From positions 1 to 36,011 of IMG/VR virus record IMGVR_UViG_3300031519_004675: a stretch of DNA of 36,011 bases; one strand, 5' to 3'. Positions 9,318 to 17,857 of the stretch are shown here, piece after piece. Each line of letters begins with the position of its first letter. The first letter of the stretch is position 1. Made by a program: the position numbers and the translations under genes. Under the pieces are notes generated by a model. The model searched no databases. It saw nothing but the letters and a program-made list of their open reading frames with translations, and was not told where the DNA came from. Source of the DNA: a virus. Taxonomy: Duplodnaviria > Caudoviricetes.

Positions 9318-9482
9318 ATGAAACAATGGATCACTAGCAGATTAAAAGAAAGAACTACAATTGATGGTGCAGTACTAGTAGGCGCTGGAGTTGCGTTCTT
9401 AATTTTTAAACCAATAGCAGCTATCGTTGCATATGTTGCCATAGGATATGGCGCTTGGACTATTTGGAAGAAAGAGAAATAG
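9318..9482 (+). CDS. Small two-helix membrane protein, holin candidate (not in ORF track)
   Basis: AAGGAG SD; MKQWITSRLKERTTIDGAVLVGAGVAFLIFKPIAAIVAYVAIGYGAWTIWKKEK; directly upstream of spanin pair. Confidence 0.65.
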   Translation: MKQWITSRLKERTTIDGAVLVGAGVAFLIFKPIAAIVAYVAIGYGAWTIWKKEK

Positions 9483-9485
9483 TTA

Positions 9486-9956
9486 ATGTTTTCATCAATA
9501 AAAATATTTTTTATTGGCATAATCGCCACTGCTGTAATTGGTGGTGGCTTTTATGTTATGAAACTAAGAAGTGATAATGCTATTCTACAAGCAAATCAAA
9601 TCAAACTTGAAGAGGCGATGCAAGATCAGAAGGCAGTTATCGAACAACAAAAGAACGACTTTAAACAGATACTTAAGGCTAATCAAAAACTCAACGAAAC
9701 AAACAATGTTTTGAAATCAGAGTTTCAAGCCTTAGATAAAAGATTTAATAAAAAGGGCAGAGACTTTGGTTATCTTGCGTTGAATAGAACTAAAGCTGTG
9801 GAAAAAATAATTAACAAAGGAAGTGCCGATGCGAAACGTTGCGTAGAAATAGCAATGGGTGCTACCTTAACTGAAAAGGAACAGAATGCTACTAAGAAAT
9901 CAGAGATCAATTCTCAATGTCCTAGTCTCGCTAATCCTAGTTACGTTGCTCACTAG
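9486..9956 (+). CDS. Inner-membrane spanin (Rz-like)
   Basis: N-terminal TM, long coiled coil, two Cys near C-terminus; overlapped by lipoprotein gene. Confidence 0.65.
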   Translation: MFSSIKIFFIGIIATAVIGGGFYVMKLRSDNAILQANQIKLEEAMQDQKAVIEQQKNDFKQILKANQKLNETNNVLKSEFQALDKRFNKKGRDFGYLALNRTKAVEKIINKGSADAKRCVEIAMGATLTEKEQNATKKSEINSQCPSLANPSYVAH

Positions 9957-10269
9957 TTGTAGTGGTGTAAAAAGATTAGATATATTTAAGACAGAAGTAA
10001 AAAGAGAACCACTTAATCTTCCAGCACCAGACCCTGTATTGCTAGAAGACTTAAACTTTATTATTATTACTTCTGAAAATACAGATGAAGTATTTAATAA
10101 ATTAAAAGAAAAAAATATTGATCCTGTATTATTTGGGCTAACAGATAACGATTATGAAACACTTGCTAAAAATTTCGCACAAATACGAGCTTATATTATA
10201 AAACAAAATATAACCCTTGAACAATATAAAGAATACTACGAATCTGAAACAAAGAAGAAAGATAAATAG
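9886..10269 (+). CDS. Outer-membrane spanin lipoprotein (Rz1-like)
   Basis: Lipobox LLTS-C after hydrophobic stretch; Pro-rich PLNLPAPDP; overlaps 3' end of i-spanin. Confidence 0.7.
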   Translation: MLLRNQRSILNVLVSLILVTLLTSCSGVKRLDIFKTEVKREPLNLPAPDPVLLEDLNFIIITSENTDEVFNKLKEKNIDPVLFGLTDNDYETLAKNFAQIRAYIIKQNITLEQYKEYYESETKKKDK

Positions 10270-10291
10270 TAGATAGCAATCAAGAGGAACT

Positions 10292-10738
10292 ATGATGAGC
10301 GATCTTCAAACAGACGTAGAAATACTTAAAAAAGAACTTAAAGATATGAAGTCTATTCATAGACGATTAGATAATGCTATCGAAAAGATAACAGATGTAT
10401 CATCATGTATTAACAAGATGTTAGCAGTACATGAAGAGAAGATTACTAATCAAGAAGATAGTATTACAAACACAAACTTTGTTGTCGAAAATAGAAGACA
10501 AGAGTTTAGTGAAGATATAAAAGATATTCATTCTAGAATTACTAGAAACAATGAAGAACTACTAACTCAATTATCAAATCAACATACCACATACAACACA
10601 GAGTTGACTAGTTTAAAAACTGAAATGATGCAAAAAGTGGGAACACTAGAGAAGTGGCGTTGGGTTATGATAGGGGCTTCAATAGTAATTGGATTTGCCT
10701 TACATAAAATGATGAATTTTCAATTAATTATCTCTTGA
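10292..10738 (+). CDS. Coiled-coil protein with C-terminal TM helix
   Basis: Heptads; LEKWRWVMIGASIVIGF C-terminal anchor. Confidence 0.6.
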   Translation: MMSDLQTDVEILKKELKDMKSIHRRLDNAIEKITDVSSCINKMLAVHEEKITNQEDSITNTNFVVENRRQEFSEDIKDIHSRITRNNEELLTQLSNQHTTYNTELTSLKTEMMQKVGTLEKWRWVMIGASIVIGFALHKMMNFQLIIS

Positions 10739-10763
10739 CAAACTGATACAAACCCTATATTAT
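10735..10763 (+). promoter_or_regulatory. Sigma70-type early promoter
   Basis: TTGACA 10735-10740, 17 bp, TATTAT 10758-10763. Confidence 0.7.
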
Positions 10764-10770
10764 GATAGCT

Positions 10771-11817
10771 ATGGATAATGCTTATTACAAAACATTACAG
10801 CCACTAATAGATAGTGGACACATGCAGGCTGCAATAGATGGTACATACAAATTTCCTAAAGGTGTTAATCTTTTCCCTGGCATTAGCTGCATGTTCGAGT
10901 GTTCGTTTTGTGGACGAAACTACGATGCCAGACACCCCAAATATAATTATTTTTACGAAAGACTTTTAGATCAAGACCCAAAAGATAATCCTTACAGATA
11001 CAATATCTCTGGTGGTTTAGAACCATTAACATACCATGAGATTGATAGACTATGTAAAGACTTGTATGATAGAGGATTTAAATCTAGACTTGTCACTAAT
11101 GGTTTTTTACTTACAAAAAAGAATATAGAAAAGAAACCAAATCTATTAACACTAGATCATATTCGTGTGTCATTATACGGCTACACAAAAGAACAAACTT
11201 ACTTGACAACCAAACACCCAAAAGGATATGATGTTGTAAAAGAGAATCTAACAGACTATAATAAATTAACAAACAAACCACCTTTACATATTAACCATGT
11301 TTTATTACCAACAGACTTTGATAATATGAAAAGTTTATTAACTTACATAGATGATATAGGAGGTGTGGATACTTTATCACTAAGAGAAGATTTTTCTTTT
11401 CAATACCCTATTAACGACAGGAATCGACTACAAGAAAGACTTCTAGAGTTTGATGAAGAAATAAATAAGAGATCGGTGAAAGTAGATTACGGATACGCCT
11501 TACAGCAGTTGCTAGAGGGAAAGATCGTGAACTTAGTACGAGTTAATCATAAACAATTAACACGCACACAGACGCCTCAAGTACGAATAGCAATTGATCC
11601 TAAAGGTGATATCTATTCATATTTTGAAGCTGCTTTTATAGACAGAAAAAATTCAGAAAGGCATATCTTAGGAAATGTTATCAACTCTTCAATTGAAGAA
11701 CAACTCAAAAACGTAAAACAAATAGAACCAGAGGAAGGCGACATCGATTTTTTAGATGCGTTTAACCATGTGTTAGAAAGTTACAAATGGACGAAATTAC
11801 AAGAAACGAACCAGTAA
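10771..11817 (+). CDS. Radical SAM enzyme, DesII-like (NDP-4-amino-4,6-dideoxyglucose ammonia-lyase family)
   Basis: FPGISCMFECSFC, ISGGLEPLT, IRVSLYG, LREDFS, VDYGYAL match motifs I recall for DesII; start moved to 10771 because ATG 10762 lies within the -10 box. Confidence 0.7.
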   Translation: MDNAYYKTLQPLIDSGHMQAAIDGTYKFPKGVNLFPGISCMFECSFCGRNYDARHPKYNYFYERLLDQDPKDNPYRYNISGGLEPLTYHEIDRLCKDLYDRGFKSRLVTNGFLLTKKNIEKKPNLLTLDHIRVSLYGYTKEQTYLTTKHPKGYDVVKENLTDYNKLTNKPPLHINHVLLPTDFDNMKSLLTYIDDIGGVDTLSLREDFSFQYPINDRNRLQERLLEFDEEINKRSVKVDYGYALQQLLEGKIVNLVRVNHKQLTRTQTPQVRIAIDPKGDIYSYFEAAFIDRKNSERHILGNVINSSIEEQLKNVKQIEPEEGDIDFLDAFNHVLESYKWTKLQETNQ

Positions 11818-12413
11818 TAAAATTCGAAAAAACTATTGCCGAATTTTTTGGCGCACCATTTGGTGTTGCTACTGATTGTTGTACAAACGCTTTAGAATTA
11901 TGTTTTAGATTAGATATGATGCAAAGAGGTAGCACAGTAGTTATTGCTAAAGTACCTTACTATACATACCACTCTATTCCAATAATGCTTGACAAGGTTG
12001 GGCAAGCTTGGAAGTGGGAAGATAACCGATGGGAAGGTTATTATAATTTAACACCAGACATCATAGATGCAGCTGTCTTTTGGAAACAAGGTGGGTATCA
12101 ACCTGGCACAAAAATGTGTATTAGTTTTCAAAGAACAAAACATCTATCCACAGATAGAGGTGGAATGATTCTACTAGACAACGAAGAAGATGCTTCGATG
12201 CTGAGAAAAATGGCATACGATGGTAGAGCAAGAACAGATGTAGCATGGTGGAAACAAGAAATAGATGTAGTTGGTTATCATTATTATATGTCACCAGCAA
12301 AAGCAGAAATGGGAATGAAAAATTTTGAAGCAGTTAAAGACATGCAAGTGAAGAAAAAAGATTGGGATTATTATAGGAGAATAGATAATTATCCTATATT
12401 CAAAAAGAAATAA
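11787..12413 (+). CDS. Short DegT/DnrJ/EryC1/StrS-family PLP aminotransferase
   Basis: FEKTIAEFFGAPFGVATDCCTNALEL, IIDAA, SFQRTKHL..GGMIL (PLP Lys), GYHYYMS. Confidence 0.8.
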   Translation: MDEITRNEPVIKFEKTIAEFFGAPFGVATDCCTNALELCFRLDMMQRGSTVVIAKVPYYTYHSIPIMLDKVGQAWKWEDNRWEGYYNLTPDIIDAAVFWKQGGYQPGTKMCISFQRTKHLSTDRGGMILLDNEEDASMLRKMAYDGRARTDVAWWKQEIDVVGYHYYMSPAKAEMGMKNFEAVKDMQVKKKDWDYYRRIDNYPIFKKK

Positions 12414-12445
12414 CCCTTGACAACCACTTAAAAGTGTGGTATTAT
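12414..12445 (+). promoter_or_regulatory. Sigma70-type early promoter
   Basis: CCC-TTGACA 12417-12422, 17 bp, TGn-TATTAT 12440-12445; ATG 7 nt downstream without SD. Confidence 0.8.
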
Positions 12446-12452
12446 ATTCATT

Positions 12453-13454
12453 ATGTATCTAGAACAAAAGTATCTATTATTGGCGTCATCCCAACTAGGA
12501 ATGTTTAAAAAGAAGAGTAATACACTCTTTAACTTTAGATGCCCTTACTGTGGTGATTCGCAAAAAGTAAAAACAAAGGCAAGAGGATATGTCTTTGCAA
12601 AAGATAATAGTCTTATCTATAAATGTCATAACTGTGGTGTTGGTGCAAACTTACCTAACTTATTAAAACATCTTGATCCTAAACTTTACAATGAGTTTAT
12701 GACAGAAAAGTTTAGAGAGCAATCACCTGAAGACCGAGTTGTTACAGATGTTCTATCATCTAACGTTAAAGAATTATTAAAACAATCACAATCACAACTA
12801 AGATCAATCAAAAAGATATCTCAACTATCACCAGAACATTCTGCTAGAAAGTTTTGTGATATGCGAATGATTACTAATAACAAACACTACTTGTTATATT
12901 ACACTACACACTTTTTTAAATTTGTTAACACCCTTGTTGATAATAAGTTTCCTAGCATAGAGAAAGATCACCCAAGATTAATAATACCATTTTTTACAAA
13001 AGAAAATATTTTATATGCGATTCAAGGGCGGTCATTAGGAAATGAATTTCCTAAATATATCACTATCAAGATTGATGAAACTCATGATAAACTTTACGGA
13101 TTAGAAAGAGTTGATATGTCAAGGACGTTCTATGTTGTAGAAGGCCCTATTGATAGTTTGTTTTTAGATAATTGTATTGCAACTGCTCAATCAGATTTAA
13201 GAGTATCAGAAAAAGACAACTCTGTCTTGATACCAGATAACGAACCACGAAATTCAGAAGTGGTAAAACAGATTGGCAAGTACATAGATGAAAAGTACAA
13301 AGTTGTTATATGGCCGAGTGATATAAAAGAAAAAGATATTAATGAAATGATTCTGTCTGGCAAAACCGAGAGAGATATTAAGGACATCATTGCCCGAAAT
13401 ACTTTTGACGGACTACTAGCGAAGACAAAATTGTCTCAATGGAGAAAAGTTTGA
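12453..13454 (+). CDS. gp61: T4 gp61-like DNA primase
   Basis: NFRCPYCGDS...YKCHNCG zinc finger, RLIIPF, TOPRIM VVEGPIDSLF, DNEPRN, KDINEM. Confidence 0.95.
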   Translation: MYLEQKYLLLASSQLGMFKKKSNTLFNFRCPYCGDSQKVKTKARGYVFAKDNSLIYKCHNCGVGANLPNLLKHLDPKLYNEFMTEKFREQSPEDRVVTDVLSSNVKELLKQSQSQLRSIKKISQLSPEHSARKFCDMRMITNNKHYLLYYTTHFFKFVNTLVDNKFPSIEKDHPRLIIPFFTKENILYAIQGRSLGNEFPKYITIKIDETHDKLYGLERVDMSRTFYVVEGPIDSLFLDNCIATAQSDLRVSEKDNSVLIPDNEPRNSEVVKQIGKYIDEKYKVVIWPSDIKEKDINEMILSGKTERDIKDIIARNTFDGLLAKTKLSQWRKV

Positions 13455-14584
13455 CAAAGTATAAAGACCCATTTGGTAGCAAGACATATTGTACAAAACC
13501 ATTTACAAATATTTTTGCAGATGGTGTTTCACGATATAGATTATGTGCCGATGCTGGAATTACTAAAGAAATCGATGGCATGAGTTTAGAGGATATTAAT
13601 CCTTTAGATTTTTATTATTCAGAGGGTATGGATAAAGTTAGAGAGAAGATGGTTAGGGGTGAACATATAACAGGATGTGAAGGTTGTTACGAACAAGAAA
13701 CTAAAACAGGATGGTCATATCGTCAAGATCACCATAGAAAGATTGAACTTTATGGATTAACAGAGTTTCCAAGCACACCATTAAAACCTGGGTACAAAAC
13801 AAGACAAATTGGAACAAAATGTAATCTTGGTTGTTTTATGTGTCGTGCATATGATTCATCTACAAGAAGAATGGAGTTATCTCAAGCAAACTTATGGGAT
13901 ATGTGGAGAGACTTGGGTATAAGAGAATATGAAAAAGCAAAAGTTAGAAATATTGGTCAAAAAAGACATAAGGAACTACTAAAACATTTAAAAGAAAATG
14001 AAAATAAAATACACATGTTTAGAATGTGTGGTGGTGAACCATTACTATCAGATAGAATGTGGGAAATGTGTGATCAAGTTTCAGATGAATATGCTAAAGA
14101 AATGTTATTGTTCATTACAACTAATTTAACAACTTTAGATTACAAAGGTCATAGTGTACATAATTTAGCAAAAAAATTTAAAAATTTACAATTAGAAGTA
14201 TCATGTGATCACTATGGTGAAAAATTAAAATGGATACGATACCCAATAGATGTGGATACTTTTGAAGAAAATTTATATAGAATGAAACCATATATAGATT
14301 GTATAATGTGTACGGTAAGCATATTAAACATATTTGACCTAAAGGAAATAGAAGATTATTATATGGATAACTTTGGTATTAAAGTAAATTGGTATGCGCT
14401 GTATAGTCCTAGCTCTTTATCAATAAAAAATATACCGAACAAAGATGAGATACCATATATACCAACAGACGAAATTAAAGGCGAGTTAATGAAAGAATGT
14501 GTTCCTAGTGAACTTGCCAAAGGATACGAGTACATAAAAAGCCTTGAGGCTCACAGAGGGTTTAGATACCCATCAAACAGATAG
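13451..14584 (+). CDS. Radical SAM protein with N-terminal SPASM/twitch-like Cys cluster
   Basis: CTKPF..C..CEGC N-terminal cluster; CNLGCFMC; GGEP; TTN; probable TTG start after GGAG overlapping primase stop (ORF track start 13439). Confidence 0.8.
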   Translation: MTKYKDPFGSKTYCTKPFTNIFADGVSRYRLCADAGITKEIDGMSLEDINPLDFYYSEGMDKVREKMVRGEHITGCEGCYEQETKTGWSYRQDHHRKIELYGLTEFPSTPLKPGYKTRQIGTKCNLGCFMCRAYDSSTRRMELSQANLWDMWRDLGIREYEKAKVRNIGQKRHKELLKHLKENENKIHMFRMCGGEPLLSDRMWEMCDQVSDEYAKEMLLFITTNLTTLDYKGHSVHNLAKKFKNLQLEVSCDHYGEKLKWIRYPIDVDTFEENLYRMKPYIDCIMCTVSILNIFDLKEIEDYYMDNFGIKVNWYALYSPSSLSIKNIPNKDEIPYIPTDEIKGELMKECVPSELAKGYEYIKSLEAHRGFRYPSNR

Positions 14585-14592
14585 GAAAAATA

Positions 14593-16356
14593 ATGAAGAA
14601 GCAATACTTAGGAATACAAATAGATTTAAATAGAGACGAATTTCTATCAGACCAGGCTGCAAAATTACTCAAAGATTATTATTGTATTGATGGTGAACCC
14701 TCACCACAATATGCATATGCAAGAGCAGCTCAAGCATATTGTTATGGAGATAAAAAACTTGCACAAAGAATTTATGATTATGCTTCTAAAGGTTGGTTCA
14801 TGTATTCCTCACCAGTATTATCAAACGCACCTCTTCCAAATAAAAAAGCAAAAGCATTACCTATTAGTTGTTTCTTAACTTATGTACCAGATAGTCTTGA
14901 AGGTCTTATTGAACATACAAGTGAATTAAGATGGTTGTCTGTTAAAGGTGGTGGAGTTGGTGGACATTGGTCTGACATTAGATCAGTATCAGATATAGCA
15001 CCAGGCCCAATTCCTTTTTTACATACAGTTGATGCAGACATGACAGCATACAGACAAGGTAAAACTAGAAAAGGTTCTTATGCAGTTTATCTAGATGTAT
15101 CTCACCCCGATATTATGGAGTTTTTAAGCATTCGTATTCCTACTGGTGATGTTGGTAGAAAGTGTTTGAACTTACATAATGCTGTGAATGTTACAGATGA
15201 ATTTATGAAAGCAGTACGGACAGATGATCTATGGGAACTGAAAGACCCAAATGATGATACAGTTAGAAGTACAATTAAAGCAAGAAAACTTTGGGAACAT
15301 ATATTAGAAACAAGATTTAGAACTGGTGAACCTTATGTCAATTTTATTGATACTGCAAATAGATATTTACCACAACCATTAAAAGATAAAGGATTAAAGA
15401 TTAGAGGAAGTAATCTATGTAATGAAATACATTTACCTACTAACGAAGATAGAACTGCTGTGTGTTGTTTATCATCTTTAAACTTAGAACTATATGATGA
15501 CTATAAAGATACGACAATTGTAAAAGATTTAATTACATTTTTAGATAATGTATTACAATTCTTTATTGACAATGCACCAGACACTTTATATAAATCAAAG
15601 TATTCTGCAACGCAAGAAAGATCATTAGGTCTTGGTGCAATGGGATACCATGCATACTTACAAAAGAACATGGTACCATTTGAAGAGTCTGGTAAGATTA
15701 ACAAAGAAATATTTGAATGGATTAGATCAGAAGCAGATGCTCAAACTCTTGCATTAGGAAAAGAAAAGGGTGAGGCACCAGACATGAAAGGTACAGGAAA
15801 ACGTAATGCACACTTACTAGCAATTGCACCTAATGCCAATTCATCTATGATAGTATCTACATCACCAAGTATTGAACCACATAAAGCAAATGCATATACG
15901 CATAGAACAAGAGCAGGTTCACATCTAATAAAGAATAAATATCTGACTCAACTGTTACAAAAACACAACATGAACAATGCTGAAGTATGGACAGGTATTG
16001 TTACTAATAATGGATCAGTACAACACCTAGCATTTTTAACAGATGAAGAAAAGTCTGTATTTAAAACAGCAGTAGAATTGGATCAATTAAGATTAGTTGA
16101 ACTTGCAGGTCAAAGACAAAAATCTCTAGATCAAGGACAATCATTAAACTTATTTTTCCCAGCAGGTGCATCTAAAAAGTATGTACAAGAAGCACACTTT
16201 AGAGCATGGGAAACTGAATGTAAAGGATTATATTATTTAAGAACAGAAGTATCAAATAAGGCTGAAAATATTTCTGAAAAAGTAGCATTAGATAAACTAA
16301 AAGACTATTCTGATATCAAAAAAGATGAAGAGGAATGTGTCGCTTGCCAAGGTTAA
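14593..16356 (+). CDS. nrdA: Ribonucleotide reductase class I alpha subunit (no ATP cone)
   Basis: SSPVLSN, ISCFL, SNLCNEI, AIAPNANSS, LYYLR, C-terminal CVAC. Confidence 0.97.
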   Translation: MKKQYLGIQIDLNRDEFLSDQAAKLLKDYYCIDGEPSPQYAYARAAQAYCYGDKKLAQRIYDYASKGWFMYSSPVLSNAPLPNKKAKALPISCFLTYVPDSLEGLIEHTSELRWLSVKGGGVGGHWSDIRSVSDIAPGPIPFLHTVDADMTAYRQGKTRKGSYAVYLDVSHPDIMEFLSIRIPTGDVGRKCLNLHNAVNVTDEFMKAVRTDDLWELKDPNDDTVRSTIKARKLWEHILETRFRTGEPYVNFIDTANRYLPQPLKDKGLKIRGSNLCNEIHLPTNEDRTAVCCLSSLNLELYDDYKDTTIVKDLITFLDNVLQFFIDNAPDTLYKSKYSATQERSLGLGAMGYHAYLQKNMVPFEESGKINKEIFEWIRSEADAQTLALGKEKGEAPDMKGTGKRNAHLLAIAPNANSSMIVSTSPSIEPHKANAYTHRTRAGSHLIKNKYLTQLLQKHNMNNAEVWTGIVTNNGSVQHLAFLTDEEKSVFKTAVELDQLRLVELAGQRQKSLDQGQSLNLFFPAGASKKYVQEAHFRAWETECKGLYYLRTEVSNKAENISEKVALDKLKDYSDIKKDEEECVACQG

Positions 16357-16383
16357 CAAAAACAAAGAAAGAGAAAAAATAAA

Positions 16384-17691
16384 ATGGACGTACAAATATA
16401 CACAACACCAACATGTGGTTATTGCTTAAATGCAAAGAACTGGTTCAATGAACATGGAATAGAGTTTAGTGAACATAATTTAATAACAGATGAAGAGAAA
16501 TTAGAATTTTATCAAAGAGTTAATAACGTAGAAGAAAAATTAAATAATCAAAAGCAAGTACATAGTGTTCCTCAAATCTTTGTAAATGGAGAACGTATTG
16601 GTGGATTTGCAGCTCTACTTGAAAAGTCAGGTGATATATTAAAGAAACGTGGTGGTGGTCTATATAAATTTTCAGAAGCATACAAACCATTTTATTATCC
16701 ATGGTCAGTTGAGTTTGTAACTAGACATGAAAAGATTCATTGGATTGAGGACGAAGTTGATTTATCAGAAGATGTAACTGATTGGAAGTCTGGTGCAATG
16801 ACAGAAGTTGAAAAAGATTTTATTACAAACGTATTAAGATTGTTTACACAATCAGATGTTGCAGTAGGACAAAACTATTACGATCAGTTTATTCCTAAGT
16901 TTAAAAATAATGAAATAAGAAATATGCTTGGTTCGTTTGCATCAAGAGAAGGCATTCATCAAAGAGCATATGCATTACTTAACGAAACACTTGGTCTACC
17001 AGATGAAGAGTTTCACACGTTCTTACAGTATTCAGAAATGACAGACAAGGTTGACTTCATGATGAATAGTGATCCTAGTACTAAAAGAGGAATGGCATTA
17101 GCATTAGCAAAATCAGTATTCAATGAAGGTGTATCTTTGTTTGCATCATTCATTATGCTTTTAAACTTCCAACGTTTCGGTAAGATGAAAGGTTGTGGTA
17201 AGATTGTTGAGTGGTCTGTAAGGGATGAATCTTTACACGTTGAAGGTATCTCTCACTTGTTTAGAGCATTCTGTGCTGAGAACGCAAGGATTGTTGACAA
17301 CGATATGAAAAAAGAAATCTATAAAATGTCAACTGAAATTGTAAAACTTGAAGATGCATTTATTGATCTTGCATATAAAATGGGTGAACCAGAAGGTCTA
17401 CCTAAAGAAGATGTTAAAAAATATATCAGATATATAGCAGATAGAAGACTTTTACAAATGGGATTAAAAACAAACTTTAAAGTTAAAGACAATCCTATAC
17501 CTTGGTTAGAGTGGATATTAAATGCAGCTGATCATACAAACTTCTTTGAAAACAGAGTAACAGAATATGAGGTTGCTGGATTAACAGGTGATTGGAAACA
17601 AGCATATAATGCACCATCAGATAGAGTTGTATGTGATGATGATGAAGGCACCTGCGAAATACTTCCAGCAGGCAAACAAGCTGTAGGATAA
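16384..17691 (+). CDS. nrdB: Glutaredoxin-fused ribonucleotide reductase beta subunit
   Basis: N-terminal CGYC...VPQIF..GGF Grx domain; EGIHQRAY, RDESLH di-iron motifs; NFFENRVTEY. Confidence 0.95.
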   Translation: MDVQIYTTPTCGYCLNAKNWFNEHGIEFSEHNLITDEEKLEFYQRVNNVEEKLNNQKQVHSVPQIFVNGERIGGFAALLEKSGDILKKRGGGLYKFSEAYKPFYYPWSVEFVTRHEKIHWIEDEVDLSEDVTDWKSGAMTEVEKDFITNVLRLFTQSDVAVGQNYYDQFIPKFKNNEIRNMLGSFASREGIHQRAYALLNETLGLPDEEFHTFLQYSEMTDKVDFMMNSDPSTKRGMALALAKSVFNEGVSLFASFIMLLNFQRFGKMKGCGKIVEWSVRDESLHVEGISHLFRAFCAENARIVDNDMKKEIYKMSTEIVKLEDAFIDLAYKMGEPEGLPKEDVKKYIRYIADRRLLQMGLKTNFKVKDNPIPWLEWILNAADHTNFFENRVTEYEVAGLTGDWKQAYNAPSDRVVCDDDEGTCEILPAGKQAVG

Positions 17692-17695
17692 ATAT

Positions 17696-17857
17696 ATGAG
17701 TAGGAAGACAGTTTTATGTGACCATTGTGAGGCATCTTATTCGGTGCAGTACGATATGGATGAGCAATACTTTCAACTTAAGTACTGCCCATTCTGTGGT
17801 GACGAACAACCTGAAGAAGATGAATACAACATGATAGAGGATAACGATTATGATTGA
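17696..17857 (+). CDS. Small zinc-ribbon protein with acidic tail (not in ORF track)
   Basis: MSRKTVLCDHC...YCPFCGDEQPEEDEY..., 53 aa, fills the nrdB-rimK gap. Confidence 0.75.
   Translation: MSRKTVLCDHCEASYSVQYDMDEQYFQLKYCPFCGDEQPEEDEYNMIEDNDYD

Noticed and set aside
14687-14878. Alternate-frame + strand ORF inside nrdA
   Set aside because: Fully nested, short, no motif or SD
14593-17691. Introns, inteins or homing endonucleases in nrdA/nrdB
   Set aside because: Both frames are continuous and compact with no insertion
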